This document shows, piece after piece, positions 24,076 through 37,055 of a stretch of DNA of 64,000 nt. This stretch comes from Heptranchias perlo (lineage: Eukaryota), in NCBI RefSeq assembly GCF_035084215.1, contig NW_027138451.1, positions 248,001 to 312,000 of the forward strand. The letters are read 5' to 3'. The notes beneath the pieces were generated by a model. The model searched no databases. It was not told where the DNA came from and worked only from the letters and a program-made list of their open reading frames with translations. Every line of letters starts with the position of its first letter. Within the stretch, counting starts at the first letter, position 1. Position numbers and translations under genes: made by a program.

Positions 24076-24689
24076 GTTTCTTATCATCGTCGTCATTCCG
24101 GCTGATATCGCTTCAGTTGAAACACAGGTCAGGGAGAAACACAGATTCGGCCAATGGAAAGCTGAGCAACAGAGATGAAGAACCGTCTCAGAGAATCCCA
24201 GCCCACAGCGAGTCAGCTGATCCCATCCTTGCCACCAATAGTGGCGCTGCATTTTCTTCCCAAGAGAAAAAACAGTTCGTTAATTAGAATGTCCGGTTGA
24301 AACTTGATAAGTGCAGACGCCAAGCCTGAACCAATTGCCCAGGTTCGCGAACTGGTGGGCAGGGCGGAATCCAGGCCCATCCGCAAAGACTCACCACCTT
24401 CTGAAAGGGGGGAAGCAACTGGTCTCGCAAAAAAAGAGCAACATGCAGCAATTACACCAATCACTTAGACACGGTGCATTCTGTTAAGTTTCTGTTATAC
24501 TTGGTATGCTGTGTGGGGCACAAAGCATGAGTCCAAACAGGTTAACCTTCGTGGTTTTGAGATCTGTCAGGTGAGGGAACGCTACACCTGGTGGCTAGGT
24601 TTTGGAAAATACGCTCACGTATCCAAATTTGCACAACTATCATGACTGGCCGGCGGAGAGCCAAGCTTGTGTTGCTGAATCTTGGTACC

Positions 24690-25050
24690 TCCAGCTGGAG
24701 GAGCCGCTGTTCTATGGGGTATCTTATCTATCCATGCTGGAGGATATCTTGGTGAGGTAGTGCAGCCGCCGTTCTATGGCATATCATCTCTATCCATGCT
24801 GGAGGATATCTCTGTGAGCTGATGGAGCCGCCCTTCTATGGGGTTTGGTATCTATCCATGCTGGAGGATATCTCGGTGAGTGGATGGAGCCGCCCGTCTA
24901 TGGGGTATGGTATCTATCCATGCTGTGGGATATCTCGGTGAGATGGTGGAGCCGCCCTTCTATGGGGTATGCTATCTATCCATGCTGGAGGATATCTCGG
25001 TGAGTTGATGGAACCGCCATTCTATGGGGTAAGGTATCTATCAATGTTCG
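24690..25050. repeat. 62-bp minisatellite, about 6 copies
   Basis: CTATCCATGCTG recurs at 24728, 24790, 24852, 24914 and 24976. Confidence 0.93.
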
Positions 25051-26532
25051 AAGATACATCACTGTGCTGCGTATCTCACTCCGCAAATGACACATCCTTG
25101 ATTCACTGGCCTCGACTTATGCCCAGCTGCACCTAGTTAGTGAGCAAATTGATGTGCTGCCCTTCTCACGGTGCCAATCTGTGAATCCCACAATACGGCA
25201 TCAGATAATGCTAATGAAGTGCATTCGAAATCGGATAGCTCACCGGAGATTGAACTTTCGCTTTCACATTTTAAACAGAAAGGACTTGCTTTGGAGTCGG
25301 TTTTACGCCCTAGCGTGTTGCTATTTAGATCACGTAGCATGTCAGTTCACTGTGGAAGAACACTCGTAGAGTGAAATCTATGATTTGTAAATAACCATAC
25401 AAATTTGTGACAATATGACAAAGTTTACTCTGCGCCAGGTCAGTCACTACTGCGATTATGATGCTTTGAGTTTCAGAATCCAATCGCCTACACTCAATAC
25501 AAATACAATGCCCCACCAACGCCCCACCCACCCCCCACCCCTCCCCCCCCCGCCCCAAAATCTCGGCCAGGATTATCATAGCCCGACAGTCTACATGACC
25601 GGAGATTTGTCAGTGGTGACACATTCCGAAGTTTAAGGGAATTGTTAACTTAATTTTCAATTCTGGCTCTCATGGCCAAAACGTTAGGGATAAAGCTTCA
25701 TATCGTGTTTTTATTACAGAGTATTAGTGGCACCATACTGGAATATACGCTGCGGTGTGTTATAGATTCCACGAGATAATAATAATAGAGAAAACAAAAA
25801 ATTGTACAAGAAATATATCAGGTCAGGAATACGAAACCTAAAAGTATGTCAGCGTCATCACCGTGAATCACAACTAAATCTAATGACAGTGATGCAGGTC
25901 TAACGACACTGTGTAGATGACAATGTGAAATAGTTTATATATAGTCCTATTTCCGAACGCGTCTGTATTTGCAAGTAACCTGTTATATAAAATGTCAGTA
26001 GGTGACGACCGTCGAATATAAGTGCGCTGATCAGACATAGTTGAATCTTTAGCCCGAAGTGTTTCCCTGTCCCCGCTTTACTGGCGATCTCTTATGTCAG
26101 TTTATGTGAGCCGCAAGAAATTTGGTCCTATAATCAGATCAACTTCTGTTCAGAATGGTATCGAGTTTCATTCTTTTACACAGAACTTCATTAATTTTAT
26201 TGTTATCCGCTGCCAAAACAGAAAGTAAAGCTGTTTTATTCGCTGAAACGTAAAAAGGACGGATATTTGTTTGCTGTATAAAATCAATTTCCTGTTCTGT
26301 ATACAATATCTGAACTCTACTATCACTATAGGAGTAGCCCCATTGTTCTGAAAGTCACTGTAATCGATATCGGGCTGGTTAATATGTTAGCTATATTTTT
26401 ATATTCCGTCAGTGCAAATTCAAATACACCATGTCCCTCGGGACTGCCGGTTTCATTTTATTGCAGCGCCTTTGTATCTATTCTGTTCTCAACATGAACA
26501 CCTTTCTAACAATATCAATCTATTGGTTCTAG

Positions 26533-26690
26533 AAACCCCTCAAGTAAAGGACGATCCAGAAGACCCCGAGGTAGAGGAAGAAGGATTAGAAAACTTATAT
26601 GAGGATGGCAGCACGGCATCAACAGTGATCGCTTTCGTGATTCTGTTTATTCTCAGTATGCTGTACAGTACATTTGTAACCGTACTTAAG
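26533..26690 (+). CDS. IgNAR: IgNAR transmembrane exon TM1
   Basis: Acidic spacer ETPQVKDDPEDPEVEEEGLENLYEDG, then STASTVIAFVILFILSMLYSTFVTVLK with the antigen-receptor TM motif (F..LF..S..YST.VT); phase-1 acceptor matches the C5 and C3 donors; phase-0 donor GTAATA at 26691. Confidence 0.93.
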
Positions 26691-27569
26691 GTAATATCAT
26701 CTTTCAATAGCGCAGTGACATTGAGTAAATTCATTAGAAAGCTGAGTTAATACCTTAGATATAACCTGGGTACAAATGATGAACAAAATATTCTAATACA
26801 AGCATAATGAGCATAACATTTTTAGATTGGACTCCATTACTCGTTCCTATGTGATTAACTGGCACATTTAATAAACCTCCTGAATATGATAACACCAGAG
26901 GAACGCAAGTATACGACAATTATTGGGACATATAAGCAGAATAATAAACCAATAATGGGAAGTATTACTTTGCATCTCGATTGTGGAAAGTTGGAAGCAC
27001 ACTAAAAGGGAAAGAGATTATCGAATGATTCCGAGTGATAATCCAGAAATAGTTAGCAATATGGTGATAAAGAAGCATCATGGGAATAGTGAGCGTGACG
27101 TATTTGAAGTCACCATCAAGTTTGCGAGGGAGAAAGGAGATCAGCAAACAAAGGTTTAGCACTTAAACCTGGCTCACTGTGAAGATATGAGGAAAGCATT
27201 GACGGAGGAAGAATGGGATAAAATTTCAGTCGGTAAAACGATGGACAAATATTGCAATTGATTGAAGAAAGTGATCAGCGAGCACAAAAATATATAACCC
27301 CATAAATGGAAATTCTAAATGAATGATGTAATTATGGTGAAAGAGAACAGTTCGGGCCAGAATTGAACAAAAGGGGGAAAGTTTTGTCAAAGCGAAGACA
27401 ATGGCAAGTTTGACAGCCAGGACTATTGTCAAAAACAAAAGGATATCATGAAATTATGAAATGCAACGTCAGGTGGACAATTATTACAGTGGACATAAAG
27501 TATAATATTAAATATATTATCGGTACATCAAGAAAAAGAGAATGACAAAAGTGCAGATGGGATTGTTAC

Positions 27570-27935
27570 ATCGGAACACAGGAACAGGAGTAGGCAATTC
27601 AGCCCCTCGAGCCTGTTCCGCCATTCACTGATATCATGGACGATCTGTATCTCAACTCCATTTACCCGCCTTGGTTCGATATCCTTTAATACCTTTACCT
27701 AACAACAAACTGTCAAGCTCAGTTTTGAGATTTTCAACTTTGCTCGCCTCAACAGCTTTTTGGGGGAGAGAGTTCCAGATTTCCACTACCCTTTGTGTGA
27801 AGAAGTGCTTCCTGACATCACCGAGGGACGGATTAGCTCCAATTTTAAGACCATGCCCCCCATGTTCTGGACTCACCCAACAGAGGAAGTAGTTTCTCTC
27901 TATCTCCCCGATACAATCTTGTAATCATCCTAAAC
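27570..27935 (-). mobile_element. CR1 3' end fragment
   Basis: RKHFFTQRVVEIWNSLP; GGAACA tail. Confidence 0.85.
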
Positions 27936-27939
27936 ACTA

Positions 27940-29490
27940 AAACGCAAGAGGTACTAAATGAATACTTCTCATCCGTCTTCATTAGAGAAGAGGATGCTGC
28001 CATTGCAGCAGTAAAGGAGGAGGTAGTAGCGACATTGAATAGAATAAAAAGATAAAGAGGAGGTCCTTAAAAGGTTGGCAGTACTCAAACTAGAAAATTC
28101 ACACGGACCGGATGGGATGCATTCTCGGGTTCTGGGGGAAGTAAGGGTGGAAATTGCGGAGGCTCTGACCACAATCTTCCAATCCTCCTTAGATATGGAA
28201 CGGTGCTAGAGGGCTCAAGGATTAAAAATGTTAAACCCTTGTCCAAAAAAGTGGAAGGGATAAAGCCGGCAATTACAAGCTAGTCAGCCTAACGTCGGTG
28301 GTGGGGAAACTTTCAGAGACAATAACCCTGGCACTTGGATAAATATGAGTTAATAAATGAAAGTCAGTCCGGATTTGTTACAGGCAAATCGTTTTTGACT
28401 AACTTAATCGAGCTGAAGTAACGGAGAGGGTTGATGATGTATATAAATTTCAAACGACATTTGATATAAAACCGCATAATAAACTTGTTAGCAAAATGTT
28501 AGCCCATGGGACCGTGGCAGCATGGATACAAAATTGGCTAAGGGACACAACACAGAAAGCAGTGGTGAACAGTCGTTTTTTGAGATTGCAGAGAATTATA
28601 CAGTGGTGTTCCCCGGGGCTCAGTATTAGGACCACTGCTTTTATGATATATATTAATAACCTGGACTTGACTATACAGGATACAATTTCAAAGTTTGCAG
28701 ATGACACGGAGCTCGGAAATGTAGCAAACAATATGGATGATAATAACAGACTTCAGGAGGACATGGGGGGCTGGTGAAACGAGCAGACACATGGCAGATA
28801 AAATTTAACGCTGAGAAGTTTGAAGTTTTGCATTTTGGTGGGAAGAATGAGGAGAGGCAATATAATCTAAATGGTACAATTTTAAAGGGAGTGCGGGAAG
28901 GGAGAGGATTTTATGTATACACATATTTGAAGGTTGCAGCGCAAGCTGAGGAGGCTGTTAAAAAGTGTATGGGATCCTGGGATTTATTAATAGAGGCATG
29001 GAGTATAAAAGTAAGGATATTATGCTAAACCTTTATTAAGCACACGTTATGCGAGCTGGAGTATTGCGTTCAATTCCGGGCAGCACACTTTAGGAAGGAC
29101 GCCAAGGCCTTCGAGTGGGTGTAGGAGAGATTTACTATTATGGTTCCAGGGATGAGGGACTTCACTTATGTGGAGAGACTGGAGAAGCTGTCGTTGTTCC
29201 CCTTAGATCAGAGAAGATTAAGGGGAGATTTGATAGAGGTGTTCAAAGTCATGAACGGTTTAGATAGAGTAAATGAGGGGAAACTGTTTTCAAAAGGGTC
29301 GGTAACTACAGGACACAGATTCAAGGAGAAACAAAAGAGCCAGAGATGACATGAAGAAACATTTCTTTTTACGCAGCGAGTTTTAATGATCTGGAATGCA
29401 TTGCCTGAAAGGGTGGTGGAAACAGATTCAATAGTAACTTTCAAAGGGGAATTGGATAAATACTTGAATGGATAAAAAACATATACATTT
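27940..29490 (+). mobile_element. Degraded CR1 ORF2 (its 3' UTR resumes at about 32130-32260)
   Basis: SKFADDT, WQIKFNAEK and RRLRGDLIEVFK motifs. Confidence 0.9.
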
Positions 29491-29499
29491 TATATATAC

Positions 29500-32130
29500 A
29501 TGTGTTGAGATAAGAAATAAAAATGGGGCAGTCACACTACTAGGAGTGTACTATGGACCCCGAAGAGCGAAAGAGATATAGTAGAACAAATATGTAGGCA
29601 AATTTCTGAGTACAAAAATAAGAGCGCATTAATAGTAGGGGACTTCAACTACCCTAACATTAATTGGGATTCAAACAGTGTGAGGGGCAAAGAGGGCGCA
29701 AAGTTCTTGATCGGTGTGGAGGAGAATTTTTTCGCCAGTATGAGACACGCCCAACAAGAGGGGATGCAATTCTAGATTTTGTCCTGGGAAATGAAGATGG
29801 GCAAGTGGGTGAAGTGACACTGGGGGATCATATTGGGGATAATCATCACAATTCAGTTAGATTTAGTATTATTATGAAAAAGGACAGAATTAAATCAGGA
29901 ATAAACATTATAAATTGGAGGAAGGCAAATTTTACCGAACTAAGAGGCGATTTTGCAGAAGTGGACTGGACACAACTACTTGGGAAGAAATCAGTGGCAA
30001 GCCAGTGGGAGGCACTAAAAAGTGAAATTCTATGGGTACAATGCAGACACGTCCCCTCAAAGAAAAAGGGTGGCACTGCCAAATTTAGAGCCCACTGGTT
30101 GTCCAGAAGTATACGGGGCAAGATAAAACAGAAAAAAAGAAAACTTATGACTGTCACAGAAAACTAAATACTGCAGAAAGCCTAGAGGAGTATAGAAAGT
30201 ACAGGGATGACGTAAAAAAGAAAATAAGGAAAGCAAAGAGAGGGCATGAAAAAATATTAGGAAGTAAGATCAAAGAAAACCTAAAGATATTTTATCAGTA
30301 TATTAAGAACAAGAGGATAGCTAAGGAAAAAGGTGAGACCTATCAGGGATGATAAGGGTAACTCGTGTGTAGAAGCGGAGGATGTGGGTAGGGTTTTAAA
30401 TGAATATTTTGTCTCCGTATTCACAAAGGAAAGGGATGATCTGGACGTTGTAGTTAAAGAGGAGAGGGGTGAAATATTGGATAAGGTAAACATAACGAGG
30501 GAGGAAGTACTCGAGGGACTGGAATCCTTGAAAGTTGATAAGCCACCAGGACCGAATGGATTGTTTCCTGGGCTATTGATTGAAGCCAGGGAGGAGATAG
30601 CGGATGCTCTGAGGATCATTTTCCAATCCTCCCTAGATACAGGGGAGGTACCTTAGGACTGCAAGACTGCAAACGTAGTACCATTATTTAAAAAGGTTAC
30701 GAGGGAAAGGCCGAACAATTATAGGCCGGTCAGTCTTCCCTCGATGCTTGGCAAACTATTAGAATCAATACTAAGAGATAGGATAAACTGCCACTTGGAA
30801 AGGCATGGTTTAATTAGGGATAGTCAGCATGGATTTGTTCATGGAAGGTCATGCCTTACAAATCTGATTGAATTCTTTGAGGCAGTGACAAGGAGGATTG
30901 ATGAGGGAAGTGCAGTGGATGTTGTCTACATGGATTTTATTAAGGCATTTGACAAGGTCCCACATGGCAGACTGGTCAGAAAGGTAAAAGCTCATGGGAT
31001 ACAGGGAAATGTGGCGAATTGGATCCAAAATTGTCTCAGTAACAGGAAACAAAGGGTAAAAGTTGATGGATGTCTTTGCCAATGGAAATCCGTTTCCAGT
31101 GGTGTGCCACAGGGCTCAGTGTTTGGTCCCTTGCTGTTTGTGGTGTATATTAATGATTTGGAATTGAATGGAGCTGTCATGATTGGCACATTTGCAGACG
31201 ACACAAAAATTGGCCATGCAGTTGACAGTGAAGTGATTAGCTGTGGACTCCAAGAAGATATCAAGGGGTTGGTGGAGCGGGCGGAAAAAGTGGCAAATGG
31301 AGTTCAACTCGGAGAATTGTGAGGGAATGTACTTAGGGAGGGCAAACAGTAAAAGGGAATACGCAGGAAACGGGAATATATTGAGAGGGGTCGAGGAAGT
31401 GAGAGACCTTGGAGTGCATGAGCACAGGTCCCTGAAGGTGGCAGTACAGATAGATAAGGTTGTGAAGAAGATATACGGAATGCTCTCCGTTATTAGCCGA
31501 GGTATAGAATACAAAAGCTGGGATGTAATGATGGAACTGTATAAAACGCTGATAAGGCCACAGCTGTAGTATTCTGCGCAGTTCTGGTCACCAATTTACA
31601 GGAAGGACGTAATTGCTCTGGAGAGAGTGCAGAGAAGATTTACAAGAATGCTGCCAGGGCTTGAAAGTTGCAGCGACGAGGAGAGATTGGATAGGCTGGG
31701 TTTGTTTTCCTAGGAGCAGAGGGGGCTGAGAGGAGACTTGATTGAGGTGTACAAAATTATGAGGGGCCGAGATTGAGCAGACAGGAAGTACCTGTTTTCC
31801 CTAATGGAGAGTTCAAGAACTAGAGGATATCGATTTAAGCTGATTGGCGGAAGGATTAGAGGGGACATGAGGAAAAACTTTTTACCAGAGGGTGGTGGGT
31901 GTATGGAATTCGCTGCCCGAATTGATGGTTGAGACAGGGATCCTCAACGCTTTTAAAAAGTATCTGGACCTGCACCTAATGTGCTGTAAGTTGCAGGGTT
32001 ACGGACCGTGTGCTGGAAGGTTGGATTAGAATGGGTACCTGGTTGTTCTTCTGGCGGGCGCGGACACGATGGGCCGAATGGCCGCTTTCTGTGCTCAATA
32101 TTTTCTTTGTTTCTATGCTTCTATGGTTCT
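29500..32130 (+). mobile_element. CR1 LINE ORF2 (endonuclease to RT to 3' tail), frameshifted
   Basis: GDFNYPNI.W, PTRGDAILDFVL, SQHGFVHGRSCLTNLIEFF, GVPQGSVFGP and FADDTK motifs; (TTCTATG)n tail. Confidence 0.95.
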
Positions 32131-32279
32131 ACAGGTTAAGAAGAAAGTGTAGGGAGGTGGGGGGGGGGGTGGGAATAATTGGACAGATCTTTCAAAGAGC
32201 CGTCACAGTCACGACGGACCGAATGGCCTGCTCCTGTGCTGTACTGTAGTTTGATGCTATCATACCATGAACTAGGTGT

Positions 32280-32960
32280 CCCCTTAATGTTCTATACAAG
32301 TCTAGTCCATGCAACCTGTCCTCATGAATTGTCCATTTTAGCCCCGGTATCATTCTGGTGAATCTGCGCTGCACCCCCTCCAAGGCCAATATATCCATCC
32401 TGAATTGCGGTGTTCTGAACTGAACACGATACTCCAGGTGCTGTATAACCAGAGCTTTATATTACTGTAGCATAACTTATATCCCTTTGTATTCCAGCCC
32501 CCTTTGAGATAAAAGCTAACATTCCAAAGGCCTTTTTAATTATGTTGTGTACCAGTCCACTAGCTTGGAGTGATTTCTGTACTTGGATCCCTAAATCTCC
32601 CTGCTCCTCCTCGGTTCCTAGCTTCTTACCATTTAGAAATTACTCTGATCTATCTTCCTTTAGTCCAAAGTGGATGACCTCTCACTTCCCCACGTTAAAC
32701 TCCAACGGCCTCAGTTTTGCCCATGAAGGTCACTATGCAACGTTCTGATCCCATATCCACTATTTACTGTGCCACCTAACGGTGTTGTCAGCAAGCTTGG
32801 ATATACGCCTCTCTATTCCTTCATCTAAGTCATTTATAATTGAAGTGAAAAGCTGAGAACCTAGAGCAGATCTCCAGGGGACACGACGTGTAATATCCTG
32901 TGATGTGTCTCCTGCCTCCTAACCAGTACCCAACCTATGTCAATAGGTCTCTCCAATTGC
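32280..32960 (-). mobile_element. CR1 fragment
   Basis: DILALEGVQRRFTRMIPGLK on the minus strand. Confidence 0.8.
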
Positions 32961-33399
32961 ACGTGCTCTCGTTTCCTTTTAAAAGAGATTGAGGGATGAT
33001 AACGCTGGAGGATAAGGAAACGAAAAAAAAAATAATATTTTGCTGCAGTCTTCGCGATGAAAATGGATCATTTGATACGTAAAGTTACATGGAACACAAC
33101 AGGTTAGAAAGGATGGTATTAAAAAAAATTGGTTTTAAATGTCAAAAAACATAACAAAGGACAAACTACTGGAATTGAAACCAGTCAAAATTTCCAGACA
33201 AGTCGGGTTTCATCTGCAAGGGTTTAAAAAATAGATAAGTCAACTGGCTGTACATTAGTTACAACCTGCAAAGGCTCGCTGGATTCAGATATCATAACAG
33301 GGAACAGAGAGACAGTAAACTTTGCACAATGAGTAAAAGGGGTAAATGAAAGTAACGAACGGCCAGTTAGTTTAACTGCAGCAGTACAAAGTTTCATAT

Positions 33400-34760
33400 C
33401 ATAGTATTATAATAGGTACAGCATAGCAGCAGGCCATTTGGCCCATCGTGACTGAAAGATCTCGCCAATTCGTCCCATGCCCCAGCTCTTTCCACATAGC
33501 ACTGCAGTTTTTCCCTTCAAGTAATTAACTAATTCCCTTCATAAAGTTACCATTGAATCTGCTTCCATCACCCTTTCAGGCAGTGCATTCCAGATCATAA
33601 CAACTCGCTGCGTAAAAATATGTTCCCTCATTTTGCCTATGGCATTTTTGCCAATCACCTGAAATCTGTGTCCTCTGGTTGCCGACCCTCCTCCCACTGA
33701 AAACAGTTTCTCCTTATTTACTCTATCAAAACCGTTCATGATTTTGGACACCTCTATCAAATCTCCACTTAACCTTCTCTGTTCTAACGAGAAATACCGC
33801 GGTTTCTCCAATTTCCCCACAAAACTGAAGTCCCTCATCCCTGGAACAATTCTAGTAAATCTCTCCTGCACCCTCTCTAAGGCCATTACATCCTTCCTAA
33901 AGTGTGGCGCCCAGAATTGAACTCACCATCCAGCTGAGGCCCAACCAGTGTTTTATAAAGGTTTAGTATAACTTCCTTGTTTTTGTACTCTCTGCCTCGA
34001 TTAATAAAGCCCAGGATCCCATATGCTTTTTTAATAGCCTTCTCAACTTGTACTGCCACCTTCAAAGATTTGTGTAGGTGCACATTTAGTTTATTTTGCC
34101 TCTCCTCATTATTCCTACCAAAATGTATCACTTCACACTTTTCTGCGTTAAATTTAATCTGCTATGTGTCTGCCCATTTCACCAGTCTGTCCATATCCTT
34201 CTGAAGTATGTTATATCCTCCACATTATTTACTACGTTTTTTTCAGTTTCGTTTCAGCTGCAAATTTAGAAATTATACCCTCTATACCCAAGTCCAAGTC
34301 ATTAATATATATCAAAAAAAAGCCGTGGCCCTAATACTGACCCCTGGCGAACACCAGTGTATACTTCCCTCCTGTCTGAAAAGCAATCGTTTAGCGCTAC
34401 TCTCTACCATTTGTCACTTTGCAAATTTCATATCCACACTGCCACTGTCCCTTTAATCACATGGGCTTGAATTTTACTAACAAGTCTATTATGTGGTACT
34501 TTATCAAATGCCCTTTGAAAGTCCATAAAAACAACGTCAAACGCACTTCCCTCATCAACATTTCACGTTTCTTCATCAATTAACTCAGTCAAGTTAGTCA
34601 AACACGATTTTCCTTCAACAGATCCGTTTTGACTTTCATTTATTAGCCCATACTTTGCCAAGTCCAACTTAATTTTGTCCCGGATTATTGTCTCTAAAAG
34701 TTTCCCTATCACCGACGTGAGGCTGACTGGCCTGTAGTTGCCGGGTTTATCCCTCTTCCC
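33400..34760 (-). mobile_element. 5'-truncated CR1 LINE
   Basis: LERVQERFTRIVPG...RRLSGDLIEV...WNALP; tail near 33400. Confidence 0.9.
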
Positions 34761-37046
34761 TTTGATTTTTGTTTATTAAGGGATTTGAACACTTGGAAAG
34801 AATAAACTGATTAAGGAATCACCAATGTTTGATATAACCAACCTTACAGAGTTTGATTTTGTAGCCACTCCTGTAGCCGATAGAGTCCGTTTATTAAATG
34901 TCCTAAATATGGATTTTCACTGGAAAATAATTTATATTTCATACAGAGATTACTGAAAAGATTAAGGCAAGTGAAACTGAAAAGAACCTCGTGTGATGGA
35001 TGGGAAAGTGTTTTTTTTTGTTGGAGTTCGTAATCTGGGATAAATAAGAACATTTCTTAATCCTACAAATCAAACCAATTTCCAGATTGGTGGAATGTGA
35101 CGAGTGCCATCTCCGGGGAATCTGCTAAAATCCGACCACCAGCACTCCAGTGTGGGCAGACGGTTTTTACTGTTTATATTCAATACATTTAAACATTTTG
35201 ATTGTAAGCAGTTCCTGTGTGAACTATTTTAAAAATATATATATCTATGCCCACATGAATAATTGCAACAGCATATGTAAACTTGATACGCGAGAATGAC
35301 ACCCTCCAGTTATCGCTGGATCTAAAGCAGCTCAGCATTGCCTCTCCCGGATACACAGCCTGTACTGCAGATAAACTCCAACCAACGCTCATTCGCTGCT
35401 TCCTAAATTGTTTAGTTTGTTTTCGATTGAACTATTAACAGTAACATAAAATCAAAGTATTATATAAATGCAAGGGCCGATTGCATGCCTTTAAAATGGA
35501 AAATAAAAGATATTTGTACGCTTTTCCTCATTATCCCCGTCCTCATGAATACAGGCTTAACTCGTAGATTGCATTTGGTTATAGCTTCTATTATACAATC
35601 TCATCGCGGAGCGATTACTGTATAAAGAAAGATGGAGACAACGAATGTGTCTGAAATTAAACAAGCTGCTAGCCATCAAATTGTAAAAAATTACGCCTTG
35701 AAAGTGAATGAAACCTTGCAGTTTCTCTCGCTCTCCCTTCATATATGTCTGTCTTTCTGCCTGTCTGTCTGCCTATCAAGAAATCTATCTATCTCGCTAT
35801 CTATCTAAGTCTATTGCTCTCATGCACACACATGGAATTCCCTTGGCATTGCACTGGGACAGTCGAGAGCAAGTTCTGCCTCAGTGATAGAGAGCTGAGG
35901 ATAATTGAACAGGTGTGCAGGTTTAATTCTCTTCACATTCCAAAGTCATACATTCTACCTTATTTTTCGAATTACATTATAAATTCCGATCACCACATTT
36001 GCAAGTATTTGTCAACCAAAACTTATCACACTTCAATTACACATCCCAACCAGTAATAGCGCTGAAGTGCTATCTCGCGTCTCCCATCTCTTCTGATTTA
36101 ATGACAGCCAAAGTTCTATACTCCAACCTACTGCACTTTTCTGCTTCTGACAGTGATGTAAATTTTGCTTTTTAGCTTTAATAGAAACAACGTAAAATCA
36201 AAGTATTATCTCGAACCTGGGACACGGTGCATTACATTAAAATGGGAAATGAATACAGTACCTAACCATGTCAGATTCATACCTTAAACAATTCACCAAT
36301 GGCTCAGGAGCAGAGGGGAGCATATACAAGATTACTGCTAATACTAATCAACGAAGTACAATGAACTGTGAACGGACCAGAAAATTACAAAAGTAGATAG
36401 CTGCATTAAGCGTGTGGGCAGATGGTTGACAGGTCAAGTTCACTGAAACAACAAGTGACGTTGTCCATTTCACGTATAAGAATGGTAGATGGGAATAATA
36501 TGGAAATGGCGAAGTTCTGAGGAGATGTACACGAACACGCAATGCCGTTGTTCATATCCACATGTCACTGAAATCCAGCGGGCGTTCAAAAGTACTAATG
36601 GGATGCTAGGTTTCAGCTCAAGCAGTCTAGAATATAACAGCAAGCTAAAGAAGCCGACAATCATTTGGAATATCATGTTCAGTTCTTTGGAAACTTACAA
36701 GAGGCTATCCTAGGTTTGCTGGAGCCTAGCGACAAATCACATGGATCGTCACATTTTTCCAGAATTGATATAATTATTGCCGTATAAATAATGTTGGATA
36801 ACAAATGATTCTCTTATCATTTATAGACTCACGGAGACCCGCGACTAGCGAGGCTCTCTAGAGTTAGGGTTATGGACATTCATTTGTGGACAATGACACT
36901 CGAATCCCAGAAACCCCCTCGCATTCCATGACAATTAGTCAATAAATCTGCTTTTTGTCGTACGCTTTTGACTATTCAGTGTGGTCGCACGTCACTTCCA
37001 CACTCTGTTATTCACTGGGTTGTCATACTATTTATTTTCACTGCAG

Positions 37047-37055
37047 GTGAACTAA
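37047..37055 (+). CDS. IgNAR: IgNAR TM2 exon (Val-Asn-stop); 3' UTR probably extends to AATAAA at 37467-37472
   Basis: Strong acceptor tttattttcactgcAG followed by GTG AAC TAA, giving a KVN cytoplasmic tail (compare IgM KVK); non-repetitive sequence follows. Confidence 0.75.
   Translation: MN

Noticed and set aside
29500-32130. Active autonomous LINE
   Set aside because: It has multiple stops and frameshifts and is 5'-truncated. The same applies to the other CR1 copies.
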